A stretch of 64,000 bases of DNA, taken from contig NC_087252.1 in the NCBI RefSeq assembly GCF_037042905.1, positions 14,820,001-14,884,000 on the forward strand. The letters run 5' to 3'. The position numbers and the translations under genes are program-made. Under the pieces are notes generated by a model. It was not told where the DNA came from and searched no databases. It worked only from the letters and a program-made list of their open reading frames with translations. Positions 39,428 to 51,582 of the stretch are shown here, one piece after another (position 1 is the first letter of the stretch; the number at the start of each line of letters is the position of its first letter). This stretch comes from Lytechinus pictus. Its lineage: Eukaryota.

Positions 39428-42400
39428 CTTCTTGGCTTGCTTCGCGAACGAAGATTTATAAAGGCAGTCCACGTCGACTGCAGGCACGCATGTGACTCAC
39501 AAGGCCAATACGTGATAGACAGGCCCGGCCACAGCGGCCGCAGTCAAAAGTCACGTTTGTTGTGGCTGCTGAGGCTTCGCGATTCTTTCTGCGGCGACGT
39601 TTCTCCCTCAGGTGATCTTTTCGGGATTCCTCGAAAGAAGAGGCAGCCTGATGGACTATATGTCGCCAGCTAGCACGGTCAGCAGCCAGAGTAGACCACT
39701 GGCAATGATCGATATGGCATGTACCGAGGGACTTCTTCAGGATGTCCTTGAAGCGTTTCTTTGGAGCCCCTCTGTCACGATTGCCAGTAGAAAGTTCGCC
39801 GTACAGGGCTATCTTGGGCAGGCGATGGTCTTCCATTCTTGAGATGTGTCCTGCCCAACGGAGCTGAGTCTTCAGCAGCATGGCCTCGATACTGGGGATC
39901 TCCGCCTGTTCAAGGACCTCAACATTTGTGACATAGTCGGTCCAGTGAATGTTGAGGATGATCCGGAGACAGCGCTGATGGAAACGCTCCAGGAGTCGCA
40001 TGTGGTGGCGGTAAGTTACCCACGACTCAGAACCGTACAGTAGGGTGGTGAGGACAACAGCTCTGTATACGCTGATCTTGGTGCCCCTTTTCAGATGCTT
40101 ATTTCTCCAGACCCGCTTGTACAGTCTGCCGAAGGCACTGTTAGCTTTGGCCAGTCTGTTGTCTACTTCCCTGTCAATCTTGGCGTCTGAAGTAATTGTA
40201 CATCCCAGGTAGGTAAACTGGTGAACGCTCTTCAACACAGTCTCGCCAATAGTGATGTGAGGAAGGCGGTACTCTTCCCGGGGTGCAGGTTGATGGAGGA
40301 CTTCCGTCTTCTTCAAGCTGACTTCGAGTCCGAAGAGTTGAGCAGCCTCCGCAAAGCAGGATGTCAAGCACTGCAGGGCTCTTTCGGTATGGGCAACGAG
40401 GGCAGCATCATCGGCAAAGAGAAGGTCTCTAAATATTTGCTCACAAATTTTTGTGTGGGCCTGCAGTCTCCTGAGATTGAATAGACTGCCATCGAGGCGG
40501 TAGCGGATGTAGACAGCCTCGTCTTCATCAAGACCTTCCATGGCCTGCTTGAGCATTACGCTGAAGAAGATACTGAACAGCGTCGGTGCAAGGACACAAC
40601 CCTGTTTCACACCGTTTGTGATTGGGAAAGATTCGGAGTGATGGCTGTTTAACCTAACTTGGCCACGCTGGTTTTCATGCAGCTGGATGATCATACTGAG
40701 GAACCTTGGGGGACAACCGAGGCGTTCCAAGATTAGCCAGAGGCCCTTTCTGCTCACCGTGTCAAATGCCTTGGTTAGGTCGACAAACGTTATGTACAGT
40801 CCTTTATTTTGTTCCCGGCATTTCTCTTGGAGCTGACGGAGGACGAAGACCATGTCTGTGGTACCTCGGTTTGCTCTGAAGCCACACTGGGTTTCTGGGA
40901 AGTGGTCTTCTGCGATGACAGGTACTAGCCTATTCAAGAGCACTCGGGCAAAGATTTTTCCTGCGATGGACAGTAGAGTGATACCCCTGTAGTTTGAGCA
41001 GTCAGACCTTTCCCCCTTATTCTTGTATAAGGTAATGATGACTGCATCGCGGAGGTCTCCTGGTAGCTTGCCCTGTTCCCAACAACAGACAAGGAGTTCA
41101 TGGAGCTTGTTGTGTAACACTGGTCCTCCACATTTCCATATCTCAGGTGGAATTCCATCAACTCCTGCTGCTTTGCCACTCTTCATCTGCTCAATGGCTT
41201 TTGTAAGTTCTTGCAGAGAGGGCGGTACATCCAGTTCCTCCTTGACTGACAGCTGGGGGATGTGGAGGGTTGCTGAGCTCCAAAGAGTGCCTGGAAGTGC
41301 TCAGACCATCGGGTAAGGATAGATGTCTTGTCTTTGAGGAGTGTCAGTCCATCCGCACTGCGTAATGGACTCTGAGCCTGGTGTCTGGGGCCATAAACAG
41401 CCCTGATGGCTTCATAGAAGCTTCTGTAGTCACCAGCATCGGCGTACTGCTGTGTTCTTGCTGCAAGTTTGGTCCACCACTCATTTTGCATCACACGAAA
41501 CTTACGCTGGAGGTTGTTGCAGATGTGACGGAAGGCAGCTTTCTTCACAGGACAGGACGGATGTGACAGGTGGGCCTGGTGGGCCGATCTCTTCTTTTCC
41601 AGCAGTTCCTGGATCTCTTTGTTGTTTTCGTCAAACCAATCTCTGCTCTTCTTTATGGAAAACCCGATAGTTTCCTCAGATGACTGCAGAATGGAAGCTT
41701 TAAGCGAGTTCCATAGTGTTTCAGGAGAAGGATCCTCTAGGCAGCTGTTGTTTTCAAGCTTGGCCTGTATGCCTACCTGGAACTCAGCTTTCACTTCAGC
41801 TGACTGTAGCTTGTTAAGATCAAACTTTTTCCTGCGGGGGCCTCCCTTTCTTAGCTTAGGTTTGAAATGCATCCTGAGTTTGCAGCGCACTAGGCGATGG
41901 TCAGTATGACATTCTGCGCTGGGCATCACTCTGGTGTGAAGGATGTCGTTTAGGTCACGTCCACGCACTAAGACATAGTCAATGAGGTGCCAGTGTTTAG
42001 AACGAGGATGCATCCATGTTGTCTTGAGACTGTCCTTTTGCTGGAAGACGGTGTTGGTAATGACAAGTTGTTGTTCCATGCAGAGCTCCAGCAGCAAGCG
42101 TCCGTTGTCGTTACACTTTCCAACACCATGCCTTCCGAGTACTCCTTTCCAGGCGACATCATCCTGTCCTACTCTAGCATTAAAGTCGCCGAGAATTAAC
42201 AGCTTGTCGTCTGCAGGGGTGCTTTGGAGAAGTCTGCGGAGTTCCGAGTAGAACATGTCTTTTTCTGCAGGATCGGCTTGAAGAGTCGGAGCATACACAC
42301 TAAAAAGTGTTGCATGCTGCTTGTTCTTTAGAGGCAGGCGCATGGACATGATGCGGTCGGAATGACCAGTTGGTAGGTTTTCCAGCTTGGAGGCGATGGA

Positions 42401-43452
42401 AGATTTGAGCATGAAACCAACGCCAGCTAGACGTCTTTCCGTTGCAGGTTTCCCTGACCAGAAGAGGGTGTATCCAGCGCCCTGCTCATGTAGGCTGCCT
42501 TCTTCTGAGAAGCGGACTTCGCTTAGGGCAGCAATGTCAACATCAAGCCTTGATAGTTCATGCGCGATAAGAGCAGAGCGACGTTCCGGTCGGTTGCTGT
42601 CAGTTCGGTCAAGCATACTTCTGATGTTCCAGCATGCTAGTTTCAGTGTTTGTACACCCTTACAGGTGGGTGTGTACCTTTTTTTCTTTGTTGTTGTTCG
42701 ACCGCGTGAGAAGATGCCCGTTGACCGCGGCTAGCCAACTGGGTGATGAGAGACGAGCTTTGGTTAGGCCACCTTTTCTAGGCCCCTCTCCGTGTGGAGC
42801 AAGCAGTGCTGTCCCTAGATAAGGCTGCTCGGTCGTTCAGGGTGCTGCCGAATGATGCCGTCGTCTCTGGGTCAACATCAGGCGACCAATATCCTGAACC
42901 GCCTGCATGCAGGATTGGAACTGCGGCTTCCAGTGACATCTTCCACCTGCCGATTTCGCCCCTTTCCCGTCGCTACAGGGCTTGGTAAGTTTGGTGGCGT
43001 TTTGGACATGGACATGTCCTTTATGCCTGCGCTATGGAGGTTTAAAGTGGAGTACAGTGTGCGCAGTCCTGGCCCCACCCTTTACACCCGGGGTTCATCT
43101 GCCATAGCCTAGCTAGCTGGGACGGTGACAGCGAGGTTCTCGAGTCGTAGGTTTTACATCAGACTTTCCTTGTCCTAGATGAAAGGCCTGCCAAGGCTGG
43201 AGAGTTCCATCTACCCTGATTTGCTGGATGGCCGCTGTTGGCTCTCCTAAGCCAGCGCCCTTTAAGATGGATCTTACTTTTCATTCCATCAGGGTGTCCA
43301 GCCACCCTCCACACCGAAACCCAAAAGGAAAAGGTGGGGGAGACGGTTTAGTCGCCGTCGACTCGACCCTGAAACAGGTAGTACTGGCTTCCAGGTTACC
43401 AGTAGCAGAAAACTGTCAAGTCTCCAGACCTGACAAGCCTCCTGACCTGACC
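39428..43452 (-). mobile_element. Full-length RTE-clade LINE (~4.0 kb)
   Basis: 18-bp TSD AAACAAACAGGCGCGGGT (39410-39427, 43453-43470); long 5' UTR; single EN-RT reading region; very short 3' UTR ending ...GCAAGCCAAGAAG. Confidence 0.95.
39456..42730 (-). pseudogene. RTE endonuclease-reverse transcriptase ORF with one frameshift
   Basis: WNIR...LSEVR, GDFNARVG, TWMHPRSKHWHLIDY, TDH (EN); GVKQGCVLAP, FADD, QLRWAGH (RT); C-terminal CGRC...H. Frame changes near 41280. Confidence 0.92.
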
Positions 43453-45608
43453 AAACAAACAGGCGCGGGTAATTTGAAGAGATTACCACATGGTGAGTGT
43501 GACCTTGCAGAGGCCCAGTGTGGGGAACATTGGAATTTGCGTGGGTGTGTGGTCTATGACCAATCAGAGCGCAGTATTCTTGTTTTTGAGCTGCAAAATG
43601 TACTTGGCCTATGAAAAGCTGGCTGCTGACCCATCTAAAACACATCTTCTTATAAAAATTATATCATATTAAAGCTTAGATCTTCAGCTTTATCATGATT
43701 TAAAAATCATTTGTGCCAAAACAGAAATTAAGTGTGAAAACAACAACTTTTGTTGCATGAAAAAAAATATTTTGTTTCATGTTTTAGATCAAAAGTTTTT
43801 CCTATATTACAACATTCTTTTAAAAATCCAAACACATGACCTAAAAGAATGATTCTTCCTCTTTACAAAGATACCAAAAACATGAAATTTGGTCAATATT
43901 TAGAGCAGCAATGGCCGAATAAAAAGAGGTGTTTTGGTTCGCACCAAGCTCATTTACTATGCAAAAACCCTCTTGTCATGAATATCACTTGGATAAAAGA
44001 AGCTACTTTTTCAGGGCTTGCGGACTGACTGTATAAAAGAGAGTTCTCCCTTTTCATACCCCTCATTTAAACTATTTATAACTAGATCTTTAATTTCATT
44101 CCAAAAACATCTGTAGAATTCCACACTTAGACCGTCACTCCCGGGTGAACGGTTTAAATTCATGGAAGACAATGCTTTTCTACATTCTGTTTCAGTAAGC
44201 AACTCTTCACAACTTTCTGCTTCTTCCCGAGATAAGCATGGTACCTGTACATGAGTAAAATATTTATCAACATCTGTTTCGTGTATCGGTGGACAATACA
44301 AGTTTTTATAAAATTTTTGAATATCTTTAAGAATCTCGTCATTATTAAGGACCTTTTTCCCATTTTTTTCAAGAAAGTGTATTTCTTTTTTATTTCCTCT
44401 TTGCCTTTCTAGCTGAATAAAATATTTAGTACATTTTTCTCCATTCTCTATCCATTTTTCTCTTGATCTAACATAAGCACCTTTACACTTATTTCCATAC
44501 CATTTGTCTAACTCTTCTTTCAATTTATACATTCTGTATATTAATTCATCATTCATATCAGTATCAAACATTTCGTTGTAATGCCTTAATTCTCTTTCTA
44601 ATTTCAGATAATACCCTTTTGCTCTAGATTGCTTTTCCTTTGCATAACGGATACTGTATTCTTTAATCTTATATTTACAAACATCCCATTGTATTTGTGT
44701 ACTCATTCCTTTCGTTTCAAACTTGACCACTTGTATCAAACTTTTAACATAATTAACATAAACCTCATCATTCAACGAGTTATTAATCTTCCAATAACCT
44801 TTACCTCTTTTTTCTTGAGATATTTTTATCTTTGATGATATAGCATTGTGGTCACATTTTAATGCGGGCCTTATGTCTGTTGAAAACACTGAACCCAAAA
44901 GACCTCTAAAAATCAACCAATAATCTAGTCTTGAGTGTACATTTAATAATAATTGTCGCCAAGTAAATTGTTTTTTATCTTGGTTACACTTTCTCCATAT
45001 ATCAATTAATTTGTTTTTTGCTTGAAAACTTTTAAAATTCTTTTTTGGTAAATAAACATTTGATATGCCATAAGTATCTAATATTCTATTTTGTACACAA
45101 TTCCAATCTCCACCTGCTATAACCATATCGTTATTAGGTTTACATGCTTTTACCCAGGCATCTAAGGACTTGTAAAAAAATTATTTCTCCGTGTTCTTTG
45201 TCGGAGCGTAAATGTTTATACAAAAGTATGATATTGAATGACATGAAAATCGAATAATGATAGCTCTACCATCTCCTTTACAATTAACAGAAATAGAGTT
45301 CAATGAAAGACCCTCACGAACAAGAATGGCTACTCCTCTGGAGTGATTTGTGCCATGGTCAAAGAAACACTGACCTTTCCATTCCTTCTTTACACTTTGC
45401 TCTATATTATGTAGCCAAAAAGTTTCTTGGAGAAACGCAATATCACATTTCTGATTTTTTAACCATAAGAATATCTTGTCTCTTTTAAGCTTGTTTCGTA
45501 ACCCCCTCACATTCAGGGAAACGAAATGTAACATAGACTTATCTATGAATCGATGGTTTGACATTCTTTCTTTCTAACTGCTCATCAATTTCTGTAATTT
45601 CTTTCCAC

Positions 45609-46709
45609 TCACTTATTTTTGCTTGTGTCTTTTCGCTTCCTTTTAGAGGGTTTTCTCTTATCTTGTACCAATTGTAGTGGAGGTGTTTCAGCTGACAGCG
45701 TGGTGCCCTCGTCATCGCTATCGCGATCGCTTGTTTCTGTTTCTGAGCTTGATCCGTAATTACTCTTTGCTCTATCTCCTTTAGACTTATCTCCAGGATC
45801 TTCGTCTGTAGATGAAAACTTTCCATCGCTTTCCACGACGATAGCATTCATCACACTATGCGCTTTTCGTGGTCGACTAGCTTTCTGATCTGATGGGGTT
45901 GGGACGGGTAGGAAATCCTGTAGATTAAGTTGCTTCTTCGCTTTTCCGCTGTATGAAGTGCTTGAAGTGAGGCTAGCAGCGGCGGCTTGTCTCGGGCGAT
46001 CGTCATCTAGTCGAAGATCCGTGGCGTCCGTAGTTTCCGTTGCTATGTTGGTTGGGCACTTGTTTCTCACGTGCCCACTCGCTTTACAGAGGGAACACCT
46101 GATTGCATTCTTGCATGAGGATACGTGATGCCCTTTCTCCAGGCATTTCGAGCATGTAGCGACGCTTCCAACTCCCTGTTCTGGCTGTCCAAGATGGTAC
46201 AGTCGACCGACGAAAACCTTCCCGAAAACGAATTTCCTAGGGAGGGCTTGGGCGGGTGGTTTGATGAACAAAACTCTATCTCCATTAAGGCAGCTCGTCA
46301 GTTGTCCATTAACTCTTAGTTTTTGTCTGATGATTTCACCATGAATTTCAATGTTTTTGGTTTGAAACTCAGACTTGAAAAGTTGGTCACTTACTGAGAG
46401 TGGGATATCCTTGATTACCACACGAAGGAGATTCTCATCCCTGGTTTTGGTAAATGGGTTGAGGTCATGTACAGGGGTAACTGCCCCACGAAGCTCTAAG
46501 CCACTCATTATCACTTTCACTCTGTCTTCATGACGAACGAGGTAAATACGCCATAAGTTACGTATTTGCTGGATACCTGATATGTTAGTAGGTTCTATTA
46601 TCTTGACTAACGACATGTACAATTCCTCACCCGATATTTGTTTTGTACTCACATTCCGAACATCCTCTGATTTAACAAAAACGGGTTTAGTTCCACTTGC
46701 GTTAGCCAT
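45609..46709 (-). CDS. L1/Tx1 ORF1 (gag-like, two CCHC zinc knuckles)
   Basis: 366-aa open frame with CSKCLEKGHHVSSC and CSLCKASGHVRNKC, directly upstream of ORF2. Confidence 0.9.
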   Translation of the reverse strand: MANASGTKPVFVKSEDVRNVSTKQISGEELYMSLVKIIEPTNISGIQQIRNLWRIYLVRHEDRVKVIMSGLELRGAVTPVHDLNPFTKTRDENLLRVVIKDIPLSVSDQLFKSEFQTKNIEIHGEIIRQKLRVNGQLTSCLNGDRVLFIKPPAQALPRKFVFGKVFVGRLYHLGQPEQGVGSVATCSKCLEKGHHVSSCKNAIRCSLCKASGHVRNKCPTNIATETTDATDLRLDDDRPRQAAAASLTSSTSYSGKAKKQLNLQDFLPVPTPSDQKASRPRKAHSVMNAIVVESDGKFSSTDEDPGDKSKGDRAKSNYGSSSETETSDRDSDDEGTTLSAETPPLQLVQDKRKPSKRKRKDTSKNK

Positions 46710-49700
46710 TTTTAGAGTGAGACTGGGTGTGGCTTTCCGGAATCTCAGCTAGATTTCTCCCTTTCTCCTCAGAAAAATTCACTCCAAAGCGTCTCAGGTT
46801 ATATAATTTACTTTTTCCTTCAATCTTGTTCCAAATACACAACCTGATGGCTTATCAGTTTTCCGATGATTTGCGATTTTAATTCTCAATCTGAGAGGGT
46901 GAAAAAATTACGCCTTGACGTTGAAATTGCACCCTCTAATTTTAAGGCAATATGGAAAACTGCATACCATTGTAACCAGTCCCAAATTATTTATTACCCT
47001 TGAAATCCTAGTGTAGGCACCAAAATGCGTAATTTTTGTTCTATATCCATTTTAAAGTAACAACGGTCATTTTAAGACCCAATTTTTCAAGCCATCTTGG
47101 ATTTTGGGGCATAATTGACGTCTGAATGTCCTTTCAACTTGACTCAATGAATTACTTGACCCTTAAACTCTAGTATAGACACCAAAATCATATCACCAAG
47201 GTGTATTTCTAATGAACTATGTCTACTTTTAAGTAACAACAGTCAATTTAGACCCCATTTTTGGAAGCCATCTTCGATGTTTTAACATACAAGACCACTA
47301 ACTGTTCTTTTAACTTGCTCTTGTGCATTATTTGATCCTTTAAACCATGGTTTATACACCAAACTCATATATTTTACAAATATTGAACACACTATGTCCA
47401 TTTTTTACTCTATTTTTGGAAGCCATCTTGGAATTTCGGACATAATAGACCACTGGCTATTGTACTAATGTCTAATTTGACCCTTGAATCCGTAGTTTAG
47501 ACACCAAATCATATCTCACAGGCGGATATAAAATGAGCTATGCCACTTGTGAGTATCACCAGCCATTTTTGAATCAATCTTTGGAAGCCGTATTAGATTT
47601 TTGGACATACCAGACCACTGACTGTCACTGTAACCTGTCCTAATATATTATTTGACCCTTGAAACCAGTGGTTTAGACATCGAAATCACATCTCCCAGGC
47701 CGATATGAAATAAGCTATGTCCGCTTTAAGCATTAGCAGCCATCATAATCAATTTATTATTTTACCCATTTAACCATGGTATCGACACAAAAAACGTATT
47801 CTCAGACATTGAACAAACTAAATATGTCGAGGTTTTTTATTAAGTAGCAACATCAATTATAGACTCCATTTTTGGATGCCATCTTAGATTTATAACATAC
47901 AGGTCCACTGATCGTCCTTGAAATTTATCCCAATGTAGTATTTGACCATTGAAACCATGGTCTAGACACCAAAATCATATCTTCCAGGTGGATATCAAAT
48001 GAGATATGACCATTTCAACTATCAACAGCCAAGGTAAACTCAATTTTTTGAACCCATCTTGGATTTTTGGATTGACTAGACCACGTAATGCCCTTGTTAC
48101 TTGTACCATTGTACTTCTTCACCCTCAAACCATTGAATAGAGACCAAATTAAAGCCACTCAAGTATTAAATTAATAGATGAATTGTGGATTTTTAGCCTA
48201 CGGCAGGATTTGGGCGCCATCTTGGAATTTCCAGGTACCCTTGAGTGCTTATATGCATTCTAGCCTGTATCAACAAATCATTCTACCCCTTGACCATGGA
48301 ATATGAACCGAAATTGGATTCTAGGGTGTATAATGAGCGAGTTGTATCCATTTTCATTGAATGGCGGCCATCTTCGACGCCAGCTTGAAAACAACCATCC
48401 GGATGCGGATTTTGATAGATTTTTGAGTTCAAATAGCACCAAAAAATCGTTGAAAAAAAAAAATTTGTTGCAATTTGTTCCGGGTAAGGGTATTTTTGGT
48501 CGTATATTGACCCGTCTAAATGTACACATGGATAAGCCGTTTTTCTGTTTCTGTCATGAAGAAGGAAAAAGGGAACAGCATTTGTTAACTAACGCCATTT
48601 ATATACGTGAATTATTATGTGTTATATATCATACAATTAACCGTTTTCGGTTGGCTTGCCCCATGCCATGCACAAACAATTTATTGCGCACGCTATTTAC
48701 TTTATCAATATCGAATTTGCTTTTTGGCGATAACATAGTAGGGCAGTTTATTGAAATTTGTAGATCAAGGACCTACTGACAGGTTAATGGGGGACTAATC
48801 AGTACTAATAAATTGGCGTTACATGTGTGACGTTACAAAAGTGACTAGCGCGTATAATCTGGAGAGACTGGAGAGCGCCATGTCTTTTGCTATCTTATCT
48901 ATGATTCTAATAAAACCATGTTCTGTTTTCTGTAAATACATGATTTTTGTATTCTGTCCAATCTTATAACCATTTTAACATATCAATTGTACTTTTTTTT
49001 TTACCGAGTTTGACAATATTTCAAGTTGCAAACGCCCTCGAAATGTGCCAAGAAAGGCACGAAAATACAAGCATATTGAAGTTTACTTAAAAAGTATTAG
49101 GTAGTATAATTTGTAGTTTAAAAAGGGAGCATAAGGTCCTAAATCAAAACAGCAAAAAAGATTGCCCACTATAAACCCCTTCATTATTAAAAATCACGTA
49201 CAGTGCTGATACGCGCGTCACATTTAAGGTTTCTAGTGTATGTCACCATGGCCCTGGGAAGCGGAAGTGCTAGGGATGCTAAACTTAGCTGAAGCACCCC
49301 CAAAATCTTCCTTGGGGTGCTGCGTGTGTTATTTTCCATAGGCAGCAGCCCCTGGAAATCTGGAAGGTATGATAAAATAATGCAAAACTTCTTTTTAAAA
49401 TTTATATACTTAGTTGTATTTGTTAAGATCTATTTTTACTTCGTTTACATTTAGATTCGTTGTTGTTTGTATATATATCCAAAGGAACTGTTCAAAAGAC
49501 AACGTGCATGCCGTGCTACATAACTCCTGCATGTTAGGCCGGGGTGAAAAATCCGAGGGAACATGGGTTTGGAATTGGTAAACCTGTGTTGCCCCAAAAT
49601 CTGAAACCATGAAACCATACACCCCTAAAAAACTGCCACAGATCACGCTTTTGGAGGTGCAAGGTGGGTTGTAACCGAATTATTGCCTGTTTTTGCAGAC

Positions 49701-50477
49701 CTCTGGGAAGCGGCATTTGTGTCCCGTAACACAAAGGTTAACGATTAATCAAACACTCGATTTTTAAGATTGATTGTACATTATAGTCAATAGAATCAAA
49801 GGTAGAAAACTGATCGTTGCTAAACTTTGTGTTACAGGCCCTATAGATCTGTTTTTCGTGCGCAAAATTCTCTCACGTGACACCATGCATGCCATTCCAA
49901 GTTGTGAGATTAAATTCTGCTTTCATGCATGTACGACTTGTCATCATAGCATATGCCCGCCTGAGCCCGCGGGGCTTTACTCTGGCAGCTGGCTGGAGAT
50001 ATGAGAAACGCTATGCGTATGTTAAATTATGACATGGATAATAAAGTGGTTTTTCAAACAAATCGAGGACATATTGAGTGAGGAAATACTGAATTAATTC
50101 TTAGATATGAATCATTACAATCCATCAAATCGATATTGCATCAAATGTGGATTATTGTTAGATCACTGGCAATCGATTCCATGGGTCAGATCACCTCTCT
50201 AGCTCCCGCTCCAGCTTAACGATTTTGCCTGCATTGATATGTACACAGCATGCAATAGGCCTATCCGTCTTAAAACCATCCGATTTTCCTTTTTTGTTCT
50301 TTTGTTTGTTCCTCCTAGATTTCAAAATTCGGGGGGACCACTTCCATTGACGAGTTGATACCAGGTGCGACCATGGGGTTTCGAAAAGCACCCTAAACAG
50401 TGGAAGCAAGTCTTTTCCAGATTATGAAAATGCAGTATCTCTTGACAAGTATTTGGCGTGTAACACCCTACCCTTAA

Positions 50478-51060
50478 AGGAGAATGAAACTCTTGGAGCA
50501 AGTTAGCTTTTGTGACAGCAGAAAAATCAAAGAATAAGACCAACAAAAGTTTGAGTAAAATAAGACTAGCAATAAAAGAGTTATGAGCATTTGAATGTCG
50601 AGATCACTAATGCTATGGAGATCCTCCCATTGGCAATGTGACCAAGATCTGTGATGTCACACACGTACAACTCTCCCATTTGGACACTGAAAATATACCC
50701 CAAAACATCTCTTTTTGCTCATTCTAATCATATGACAAATGATTCATCAATGATATAATGTTGTGAAACCTCTATACTTGTCATCTCATAAAGAGAACAC
50801 CTCACCTTGTGATAGACTCTATAAAAGTGAGAACATAAGTGAAATAAGTACTAAAGTAATGAGGGAGTTGTACGTGTGTGACATCACAGATCTTGGTCGC
50901 ATTGCCGATAGGAGGATCTACATGGCACTAGTGATCTCAATATTCAAATGCTCATAACTTTCTTATTATTCATTCAATCTTCCTCAAACTTTCAACAATA
51001 TGTTTCTTTGATTTTTCTCTTTGATATTGATTCAGCTGGTTTCAAGGGTTTCATTCTCCT
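50478..51060. mobile_element. TTAA-type MITE (Kolobok-like)
   Basis: ttaa|AGGAGAATGAAAC...GTTTCATTCTCCT|ttga with long inverted arms. Confidence 0.75.
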
Positions 51061-51211
51061 TTGACTGAAAAGACGAAATATATCCCTTTTTTCACGATTG
51101 ACAGATTATTTATGTGAAACTATTCTTTAGGTCAAGGGCGTAGCACACTTTGCATGCTTCCACGTTATTTTCATTATTTCCGGTCATTATTCGTTAAAAC
51201 AATAATTGTAG

Positions 51212-51582
51212 GTAAGAAGACGGCCCCGAAAACCAATCTGCCAAAGAAACGGGAACTGGACTCGCCTACTATACCTACCGAAGACGCCACTCCAGCTAAA
51301 AAGAGACCAAGAGCAAAGTCCAAACTCGAAGCAGAGAAGATGAAACTCAAACAGTTGAAAGCAGATCAGGACGTTTTGCGTAAAAGGCAGAAGGAGATAG
51401 ACAAAGATATTGACCAGAATAGTAAGGAGTTAGAAAAGACTCAGAACGTTTTAAAGAAATTGATGGAGCAGGAAATACAAGATGATATGAAAAAAATTGA
51501 GAAACGTAAAAAGGAGCTCGATAAATTGAGTTTACCTGGAGGAGGTACATCTCAGAAGTCTACATCCAATACAAACTCATAA
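51212..51582 (+). CDS. Terminal exon: basic NLS-like motif plus coiled coil
   Basis: Acceptor ttgtag|GT (phase 1) matches the 33545 donor. Encodes KKTAPKTNLPKKRELDSPTIPTEDATPAKKRPRAKSK followed by a K/E/L heptad-rich segment, then stop 51580-51582. AATAAA at ~51667. Confidence 0.7.

Larger units (their letters stand above)
38907..44031. mobile_element. CAGTCAG-terminated TIR element, copy 2, containing the RTE LINE
   Basis: TIR CAGTCAGTCCGCAAGCCC / GGGCTTGCGGACTGACTG; 4-bp TSD TATA. Confidence 0.85.
34869..45564 (-). pseudogene. L1/Tx1 ORF2 (endonuclease-reverse transcriptase), disrupted
   Basis: SLNVRGL...LQET, GGDWN, SRLDY, CDH (EN); SPGSDGL, WRPISLLN, QGCPLS, FADD (RT); CEIC...HFLFFC. 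In-frame TAA at 45183-45181, frameshift near 35430, insertions at 38907-44031 and 36159-37932. Confidence 0.9.
34744..46938 (-). mobile_element. Full-length L1/Tx1-clade LINE interrupted by two insertions
   Basis: TSD ATTTTAAGGCAATAT (34729-34743, 46939-46953); A-rich 3' end; ORF1 plus ORF2 (APE, RT, C-terminal zinc finger). Confidence 0.92.
33582..48518. mobile_element. Academ-like TIR element, copy 2 (outer shell of the transposon nest)
   Basis: TAGACGGGTCAATATA...TATATTGACCCGTCTA; 3-bp TSD AAT. Its own sequence is 33582-34743 and 46939-48518. Confidence 0.8.
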
